DNA of 64,000 nucleotides from Paraspadella gotoi (lineage: Eukaryota; Animalia; Chaetognatha), in contig CM119263.1 in NCBI GenBank assembly GCA_051294375.1, positions 18,872,628 to 18,936,627 of the forward strand, in the 5' to 3' direction. Under the pieces are notes generated by a model. It was not told where the DNA came from, searched no databases, and was given only the letters and a program-made list of their open reading frames with translations. This document shows positions 29,172 to 39,000 of the stretch, one piece after another. Both the position numbers and the translations under genes were made by a program. How positions within the stretch are numbered: position 1 is the first letter of the stretch; each line of letters begins with the position of its first letter.

Positions 29172-30779
29172 AGTCAGACTAAACAGGGGATCATCGACAT
29201 ATTATCGTGCCGTTATTAGCTTCCATGACGTAATTAATCAAAAAAACGGGTCCAGAAAACGGAAACGAGCCTTAGACCCCGATCCCTTGCTCCCACTTTG
29301 TCCACAATCCCTCAAGAATAAACCCCTCATCGCCACAATCCTTTATCCTAACTCAACACTACTTTTATCAACTGGTTGTTTCCTCATTTATCTCTCGTTT
29401 TCGGTTCCTTAGTCGATATCATCATAAACACAAAAAAACAAACCATACTTTGATCCCCTCTTGATAACCCTGAACCAAACAGAGAGAGAGGAGAGAGAGA
29501 AAGAGAGAGGAAAGAGAGAGAATCTCGCCCAACTAATTTAGCAACGAGATAGTAACAATTTATTACCAAATTCTGAATTTATCAATATAAAATATGTAAT
29601 ATATAAAATATAAATAAATAAATATATAAAATATATAAAATTTTTAATTTATCAATAAATTATCAACAATTTGTCAACATATTATTCATCCCTATTTTCT
29701 AAAGTAACAAGATCATCCTGCAGAAATAAGGGCGCTCCGCTTCGCAAAAAGCGCAAAAGCTGCAAGGAATCCTTTTTAAGTAAATAAGTAAATAATATAA
29801 GTCTAAGATTCTACGACTCTCTCTGTCTCTCGACACGACTTTTTGAGAGTCTTTCGCCATCTTCTCCCATTTCCAACCTGTTCCACGTCTTTTCCAACCG
29901 TTTTCTTTCATTTCCGATCATTATGTCTTCCATCTCCGACCATTTTCATCCGTCCTTCGCCATTCCCGATCCGTACCTCCCCCCCCACCTTCCCTCTGAT
30001 ATCTCGTCCTTCTCTCTCTTTCCATCCGCCTAATAATAATATGGTCTTTTGATCGGGAGAGACCAAGCACCCATGAAGTGTTCCTTTCATGATGCTTCTC
30101 CATCGTTGTCGGCGCAGGCGGCGTAGTCGGCGGCCTAGTCGGTAGCGGCGTCGAAGATGCGTAGCGCGGCGCATAGGGTTGGCGTCGTCATGCGTCGAGG
30201 AATGCGTCTTCGGCCAGCCAACGGCGGGGCGGCGGCGGCGGCGGCAGAAGCGGTGGTGTCTGCGGCGGCGTGGTACCAGCCCGCGTCTCGCGTACGAATG
30301 TCGGGCCAAGGAAATCAGACCGTGGCTGACGAGAGAGAGAGAGGGGGGGATACAACGACAGTGACGACGACGACGACGACAACGTCGACGACGAAGACCA
30401 GTTGGACTGCAATATGGCTTTTCGATGAGGAAAAGAAGGGAAAGCGTCCAATCAAGAAAAACTGCCTCTCTTACGAGCGAGGGGGCTTGGAGGGAAGTCA
30501 GGAGTACGAGAAACGCGGGGGTGATGGTGGTTAACGGGTGATTGGGTGGGGTAGTATTCTGATGAGATTTCTGGTTACTAGTAGTATTCTTTGATAACTA
30601 AAGAACTCTGACATAAATTTTTTAAAAAGACTTTAGATTTCCACACGTTAACTTCTGCTTATTTTTCTAAAACAATATTGTAGTGATATTTTGTTGGCGG
30701 GACAACATTTTTGGTCTTCTTTATATAATTACGTAGATATACAATTTTTTGGAACTTGACGATTAAATCTTGGAGCACA

Positions 30780-30781
<2 letters not shown>

Positions 30782-30874
<93 letters not shown>
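30782..30874 (+). repeat. Long (CT)n/(GA)n microsatellite, representative of dozens in the window (e.g. 27077-27137, 29098-29169, 61123-61230)
   Basis: Perfect dinucleotide arrays. They generate the ERER/SLSL pseudo-ORFs in the track. Confidence 0.95.
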
Positions 30875-30877
<3 letters not shown>

Positions 30878-32166
30878 TTTCTTCCTCTCCCCACGTTTTT
30901 CTTCAAAGCTTTCTTCGAGATGGATGGAGTTTTGATGCCGAGAGGAATGGCTTTTCATTCCGCCAGACTGTGTTTTCTTCATTCCTCCCCCAACCTTTTT
31001 CTCTCTCTCTCTCTCAGTCTCTCTCTCTCCTTTTCTTCCCTTTTTTTCCTCGTTCCTCTCCTTTTCTCTTCTTCCTCGTCTTCGTTTCGGTTCGAGAATC
31101 ATGAGGAGGAAGGCGTGGTTTGAAAAAAAAAGAAAGAAAAAGAATACGAAAAAAACAAGAAAGACAACCCTTTGAGGTGTATCATTATTATATTTCTTTT
31201 TTTTTTCTCTCTTTTCTTTTTTCGAGTTTGTTCGACGGACGTATGAGTCTGACGGAATAAACGTGGAAGGTGGGTATTGGTAAGGAGGTGGGAGGAAACT
31301 TCGCTGCAGACGAGGGCGAGGAAAGGAAGAGGCCAGGGAGAAATTGGAAAAGGGGAGGGAAAAGGTTAGAAAATAAATATTTTCCCGCGGGTCAGATTTC
31401 TGTTTTTATGACCAAAGAGTTGAACCGTTTTTTTAAGGTTTCGAGTTTTTATTTTATTTTTTTCCTTTTTTGTTCTTTTTTTTTTATCGCCGTCGTGACT
31501 TTGAAAGAGATGGCATCTAAACTGTTTTAAGTGGCAGTAGCATCAAAATAACTATTATGCATGGTAGACTGTCAGGAGTGGTACCATAAAAGTGTTTCAC
31601 AGTTATGGCCCTAAAAATATTAATTGTCCTGGTTACAATAATCATCATAACGTGAAAAAGAGACTTCGCTAGCTTTTGTCAAATGACAATCGTATTTGAC
31701 AATCCCGTTTCAAAGGGAAAGAAAAAATCGGCAAAAAATATATTAAAAAAAGCAACAAAATGACAGCGAATAAAAAACATCTCGATAAAACTTTCGCGAA
31801 TGGCATAATGGCAAACGCATAATGGCAAACGCAAAACAATTTCTATAATTGGACGAAATAAAAGAAAGCGAAAAATTTCGGGCCCAGGAAAAAAAATAAT
31901 AAGAAAAGAAAAACAAATAGAGAAAAACATGAAGAGGAACAACGTCGACTTGAAAAGAGAAACGAGAAATAAAAAGAAAAAAAAAGAAAAAATGAAGAGA
32001 GACATGAAAGGGTTTCCGGAGAAAAATGAAGGGGAAAAAATGAAAGAAAATGAAAAGAAAAATGAAAAGGGTGGGGCGAGGAAAAGAGAAGTAACGATTC
32101 AAGGTTGATGAGAGAGGAAAAGAGAGAGAGAGAGACAAAAAAGCAATGGCCCGGGAAAACAGGAGG

Positions 32167-32209
<43 letters not shown>

Positions 32210-33699
32210 TGTGTGAATTATACCTCAAGAGGTTTGTTTCTTTGTCCTTAAAATTGTTCCCACTCTGTTCTTACTTCTCACCAGTGAGGAGGCCCTGGTG
32301 CGCCTACTGGGCTGTTGCAAGGGGACATTGAAATCTATCAAAAGAAAAAGGTTGCCTTTGTCGTTATCGCCTTTGTCGTCCTCGTAAATATAAAAAAATT
32401 TCGCTCCGACTTTTGCAGATTTAAATTGTTAAAAAAAACCAGTGTAATTCATTGATATGAGGTTTTTTTTTTAATTTCCGACTTTGTTACAACAGCTACG
32501 AGGACTTCAAAACAAAAATAAAAACTTCTTTGCAATAAATTAAGCCAGTGCCACTCCCACCTCAATCTATATTTATATGACGCAGCAGTCACGATATTTT
32601 CAAATCATTTTGGCGCAATGCTAGATTTACGATTCAAAGGCTGAAAAGAGAATCGATGTTAACTATCCGATATATATAACTTGTACAAAACAAAATGAAA
32701 AATAACTAAAATAAAATGCCAAAATAATCTTATCTTCATCTAGAATGATATTGACGTTTTTGCTGCAAGTATTAAGTATTAGGTATTACGTATTACGTAT
32801 TAACGCACATCTCCTTCGCCAGTTTTTCTTTGGAAGAAACCAAGAGATAAAAACAAGAAGGGAGCAGTTTTTTTCTTTTACATTTCTTCCATTTTTTCCC
32901 CAGTTTTCTTTCTCTATGATTTTCTTTCTCCGTCGACGTCGTCGTCGTCGTCGTCTCAGCGGAAAAAAAAATGAATGGCGTTCCTTGATTTATGAAGGCC
33001 GAACCAAAAAACGAGGAAACGACGCCGCTTGATGGCACCGACGCCCCGCGGCGCCGCCGGAGCCCGGCCCGGCGTCGTCCTCGTCGACACGCGTGTCCGA
33101 CCCTGACGTCGGGCTGGACGGGAACCAGATTGTCGGGCGAGGAGAGTCGACAGGGGGGGAGAGATGGAGGATTCCTGGAGGACGAGCAGGGATCCTTCGG
33201 GTGAGGGCGATTAATGGCGACGAAGGACGTTTTTGGGTCTGGAAACTTCGTCATCATCGAGAAACCTTTCGAGTTGAAGTCGTCGTCGTTGTTGTTATTA
33301 TCGTTCTCGACGGAATCTTAAACTCGAGCGGGAAAATAGGACCAGAACGCGTTTTATTTGTATTAATGTTAATAACTGAGCTTTTTTTTATCGGTAATCA
33401 AAAATTTCCATTTCGACGCGGTTGAAACAGATGATTTTTTTAATTTATACTTACTTAGTAAAAATAAAGGTCGTTATTCACCATTTGACCAATATTTTGG
33501 GAACGAGAATCTCGTCGAGATATGGGTGAAACCGGTAAAAAAATATACTATCTATATCTAAATACGAGATAATCTTATCATTTCCTCTAACTTGAACGTA
33601 AAAAAAAAAAACGCTGATTGCCGATCATAACTCATTCAAGTTTTGAAGACGTTCGAAAGTAAACACGACACGCCTCGTCCCAACTACTATCCGGCTCCA

Positions 33700-34075
33700 G
33701 CTTCCGAAAAAATCTTCCGACGTCCGGGAACGAGAATCCTTTCGCACGTGCGCAAGAGGTGGGACTCGACGGCCCATATCACGTGACTATCGCGCCACGA
33801 CGCGTCACGTGACTCCTACGCCACGAAGCGTCACGTGGCGCCGCGCAAGGCTCACGAGTCGCGACGGGCTTCGGGAAGCGATAACGTTTTCGGCGGCGTA
33901 GGACTGGAGGAGGCGAGGAGACCGATGGTGAACCGCGCGAGGCGGGGTGAGGAAAAGTAGGTCGCGCGCGCCCGGTTTCCCGGTATCAAAGGTGCAGGGG
34001 GATAAATGGAGCGAACGACGTGCGGCGGCGCGCGCGCGCCATTCGAGGGGCGCATCGAGAGTTGGCGCGCGAGAG
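33700..34075. promoter_or_regulatory. CpG-rich island with four CACGTG E-boxes (three in a 26-bp tandem unit); probable promoter or enhancer
   Basis: CACGTG at 33745, 33780, 33806 and 33832, including a perfect GTCACGTGAC. Very high CpG density, with AT-rich DNA on both sides. Confidence 0.5.
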
Positions 34076-35081
34076 TGATAAAAAAAAGGAGGGAGCTAGA
34101 TTTTTAATTCGAATATTCTTGAGCTGCTACTTTGAAGAATTCGTTAAGTTGTTAAGAGACGAGAATAGTATAATGTATATTATAACATGTAAATTGAAAA
34201 ATCTTGTTTACTGAGGAAAAATTTAAAAAAATTTATAAGTAAAAAATTTCCTCTTACCTATTCTTTAGCAAAAGAGAAAATTAACGTACTACAAAAGAAC
34301 ATTGTTAAAATAATTAAACTTTTTTAATTGTTTTTTCTTAAATTAATATTTATAAATAATTTTTCAAAAGACGCCAAAGCCCCAAAACTCAAAACTTCTG
34401 CATCCAATAAATAAATATATTTTTTATAACTGTACTGATTAACTGTATACAGTTGTAAAGTGACAGTCCGCTTGAGTCGCTCTGTATTTACCTAAATAGA
34501 AAGAAGTCGAAATGCAGAGACATATCCGAGCCGTTTGATGACAAAGAAGCCGTTTTTAAACGGCTTCGACTTGGCCACTTGATCTCTCAAATACCTTTAC
34601 CCTCATTTTTAAGGCAAAGTCATTAACGTCTGATAGAATCGCTATTCGCCTTCAACCCCTTTTCAACCCGTGACCTCCATTCGTCGACGCCAAACCCAAA
34701 TCGCCTCCATTTTTCACAAATCACGACGGTTAGAAAGACCAGTCGCTTCGGCTTCAGTGCGATGGCGCAGCAGCAGTGAGAAGCGTTGTATTTCTTCATA
34801 TTTCACTTCACATTATTATATATTTCTATTATCCTTTTTTATCCTCTAATCACCTATATACTAAGCTACTGAAGAAGATGAAAGCATTGAGAAGCGTTGT
34901 ATTTCCTTATATCATATATATATATTATATATATATATTTATTATCCTTTATCCTCTTTCAGTTGCTTAGTATATAGATGATAAAAGATGTAAAAAAAGA
35001 TATTTAAATAGTATTTGGTTCTCGCTAACATTTATGCAGCAATCTCGAAATTAAAATAAGTCGAATTAATACCTAGTGTAT

Positions 35082-35087
35082 TTTATT
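35082..35087 (-). other. Candidate AATAAA polyadenylation signal of the Musashi-like gene (~0.8-kb 3' UTR)
   Basis: AATAAA on the minus strand downstream of the stop. AT-rich context makes chance matches common. Confidence 0.3.
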
Positions 35088-35909
35088 CAAAGCTATTGAA
35101 GGCTGTATGTGTATAATCTAACGAATCATCATTTTCCTAAAAGGAAGTAATCAAATCTAAAACAATGTTTCGTTGTGACGCGAAAAATTACTACTATCGT
35201 TTCATAAGTTTCTTTTTTTTTTTGGAACATGATTTCAAAAAGCACACCGCGAAGGTAACAAAAGCAAAGAAACACCAATTTTGAGACAGTAATTATTACG
35301 AGAATGCTCTCATTTGATCCAGAGTTCATTTAAAAAAACATACGGAATGATACAGCGTTTAAACAATAAAAGCGAAAAATATAAACCATCCACAATTAAA
35401 GAAAATCACGTTTAAGAATTTCATTGAAATTTTAAAAAATTTAAACCTTTTAAGATGTAACGAGTACCTATATATACAAGTAGAAAAAAATAATCTATCA
35501 TGGTAGCTAAACTTTTGGACGAATTTAAGATCAGTAAGGCGAGTCCAATTATCAAATCAAGCTGCATCCGGCTTATTATTCTGTCAAAATTTATCGTACA
35601 AAGCGTCGCGGAGCCCGAGGTATGCGAGGAGGGGAATTGTAAGGACAAAAAAGATTTGGAAATAAAACAGCAGCGAAGGGGAACGTTGTAAAGACAACGC
35701 TTCGCGCGTGTAACTCCATCAGAAGTACAATCCGAAAAATTGAGCGTTATTTGAAGTAATTGTGCCAGACAGTAGGAGGAAACAAAAAAAATGCTAAATG
35801 TACCAAGTACAAAAAAATTTCAAATTAACGAGTTTTATGAGTTGACAAAGAAAGAACTGAATCTAGACACTAATCATAAAATTAATAAACAAAGCTATAA
35901 TTATAAACG

Positions 35910-36037
35910 TCATTGAGGAAAAGTGTAATACATGCCCTGTCCTGCGACGGCGGCTGCGGCAGCGGCCGCGTGAGCGGCAGCAGCAGCGGCATTGGCGGCA
36001 GCAGCGCCGTTGTAGCCTATTTGGGAAGAGGTAGATG
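35910..36037 (-). CDS. Musashi-like gene, last coding exon with poly-Ala tail (ASTSSQIGYNGAAAANAAAAAAHAAAAAAAVAGQGMYYTFPQ*)
   Basis: CTGAC branch-like motif then caag|CA. An alternative in-frame acceptor would start the exon at 36016. TGA at 35912-35910. Confidence 0.75.
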
Positions 36038-39000
36038 CTTGAACCCGGAAAGTGTCAGAAAAAAAAAATAGAAAAAAAAAGTCACGCTTGTAAACTATCA
36101 TTATAAAAAAAGGCAAGTAAAATTGTAATGTATCATTATAAATAAATAATCAATACAATCAATAATAAATTTTCGGTTATTGCATTTGTATATGTACTCA
36201 CCGGGTGAGGGCCTTCTCGGGGGGTAAGGAATGTATCTGCCAGCACCAACCACGTTGTTAGAAGGTGCCGGACAGGCGTTGAGAGGCCAGGCGCCCCTAG
36301 AACTAGCAGATGCGGCTGAAAAGAAATAAAATTAAAATAATTATCATTAAAATCGCTTTACCCTTTAATTTAACATTAATAGTTTCAGACAATTTAGGGC
36401 ACAGAAATAAATATTAATGAAATTGCAAAAAAAAAATAATCTAATTGCACCTGAGGCTGCACTGGCGAAGTGCATCGCGAAAGCAGGCGAGGTCGCGTGA
36501 GAAGGAAGCGAGACCTGCTGCGTCGTGATCTCATGCAGCTGCGAGGGAGAGGATCCATAGATATTCCCATTCAGGGAAAAGGGCAAGCCAGCAGCACCTA
36601 CTTTATCAGAGAAACGGTAAGTAAGCGAGACCTTAAGTGAGACCTTAAAAGTCAATTATCGTGATTTATTACACGAACTAACCAAACATAGTGGGAGGCG
36701 AGGCGGAGGCAGCGGAGGAAGACGAAGGAGAGGATCCGTTTCCGAATGGAAGACCCAACGCGGCACCCATGCCCAGTTGTCCTCCGTTGAGGCCCCAGTT
36801 GCTCGTCGTGACAGAGGGCAAAATCGGATTGGCGACGCTGACGACGTTGTTCAGGGGGCCGACGCCGGGGACGCCGGGGACGGCGCCGCCGTTGACGCCG
36901 GGCACGGCGCCGCCGCTGACGCCGGCGCCACCGCAGGCGCCGTTGGAGGAATTCGGTTTAGGTAGAGCGCCTTTGGGTTGGGCCTCTTTGACCTGGGTGG
37001 CGGAAATATTAATATCGGTTTCATCTTCATAATAAAATTCAACAGGAAAAACGTTTGTTTGTTAAAAAAAACTAAGAGAAATAATTAGCGGGAGAAAAGT
37101 ATAGGAACCTTGATTCAGACAAGATCGTCAACAAAATTTTACAGCAAAGAATTTAACGGTGACTGAGAAACTAGGATGAAAAAAAAAACGAATGAATGAA
37201 TAAGCAAAAACTTAATTCGAAAAAAAAAAATGACAGTGTGGCGGTATATTCACACCGCCTCACGTCCACCATCCTTCAGCCAAATCCATTGGCTCAGAGG
37301 GGGAACACACCATCCCAAGTGTAGTGTTCCATCCACAGTCCTAACGACTTCCCTCTGCGTTGGCAAAGCGAGACCGTCCGAGGGTAACCGCGCCAGTGAC
37401 TGGAGGCGTCACTGAGGGTCGGAAGCCCCCAAAGCCAACAGTGAGATGCCCCATCCCAATGGGCATCACAGGCAACCCGGCTGTTGCCATAACAGGACAA
37501 AAAATAATAGAACAATTTTTTAGATCTAATTTGATTTTGCTTTAAAGAGAAAAAATAACGAAACAAATAATTAACAATGCTAATCCAGTAAATGAAAATC
37601 ACAATGTCGGATTAGAAACCAAGCCAAGTGTGACGGCGTCGTCCGCAAAAACGAATTCGGGTCGTGGCGACCTGGGGCGTCGCGCAGATTCCTTCCCTTA
37701 ACGACGCGTTTATGGATTTGACCCGAAAACGAGTTTGGCCCCATCCGTCGGCGAGGACGCCAAGGAGTGAAGCTCCTCGTTAAGACCTTCGACACCTCGA
37801 CCTTACAACTGGCAATAATTCTCCGCCTCACTAGGCCAGATTTTTTTTTAGGTTCCCTGTTCAGTCAGGTTTAAACTTTTACGCCTCACAAAATGCGTAA
37901 AATATTTGCAAAAGCCTTTTTGACCCACACAAAGGGCGAAATTGCGCTTTTGACTGCTTTTCACATATGTTAAATAACAGTATTAAAGTANNNNNNNNNN
38001 GTGTGACGGCGTCGTCCGCAAAAACGAATTCGGGTCGTGGCGACCTGGGGCGTCGCGCAGATTCCTTCCCTTAACGACGCGTTTATGGATTTGACCCGAA
38101 AACGAGTTTGGCCCCATCCGTCGGCGAGGACGCCAAGGAGTGAAGCTCCTCGTTAAGACCTTCGACACCTCGACCTTACAACTGGCAATAATTCTCCGCC
38201 TCACTAGGCCAGATTTTTTTTTTTAGGTTCCCTGTTCAGTCAGGTTTAAACTTTTACGCCTCACAAAATGCGTAAAATATTTGCAAAAGCCTTTTTGACC
38301 CACACAAAGGGCGAAATTGCGCTTTTGACTGCTTTTCANNNNNNNNNNNNNNNNNNNNNNNNNAAAAGAGAGAGATTCAAAGAAATAATTTCCAAATTAA
38401 CGAGTTTATGAGTTGACAAAGAAAGAACTGAATCTAGACACTAATCATAAAATTAATAAACAAAGCTATAATTATAAACGTCATTGAGGAAAAGTGTAAT
38501 ACATGCCCTGTCCTGCGACGGCGGCTGCGGCAGCGGCCGCGTGAGCGGCAGCAGCAGCGGCATTGGCGGCAGCAGCGCCGTTGTAGCCTATTTGGGAAGA
38601 GGTAGATGCTTGAACCCGGAAAGTGTCAGAAAAAAAAATAGAAAAAAAAGTCACGCTTGTAAACTATCATTATAAAAAAAGGCAAGTAAAATTGTAATGT
38701 ATCATTATAAATAAATAATCAATACAATCAATAATAAATTTTCGGTTATTGCATTTGTATATGTACTCACCGGGTGAGGGCCTTCTCGGGGGGTAAGGAA
38801 TGTATCTGCCAGCACCAACCACGTTGTTAGAAGGTGCCGGACAGGCGTTGAGAGGCCAGGCGCCCCTAGAACTAGCAGATGCGGCTGAAAAGAAATAAAA
38901 TTAAAATAATTATCATTAAAATCGCTTTACCCTTTAATTTAACATTAATAGTTTCAGACAATTTAGGGCACAGAAATAAATATTAATGAAATTGCAAAAA

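Noticed and set aside
32793-33425. Protein-coding exon in the GC-rich patch (also 45832-46317, 60130-60235 and 60965-61100)
   Set aside because: Several frames are open and some splice-like sites exist, but there is no recognisable domain or consistent exon chain.
37623-37836. RNase P/MRP RNA or 7SK
   Set aside because: Only a partial CR-I-like GAAGGUCU, with no CR-V able to form P4 and no paired GAUC motifs. Kept as an unassigned structured element.
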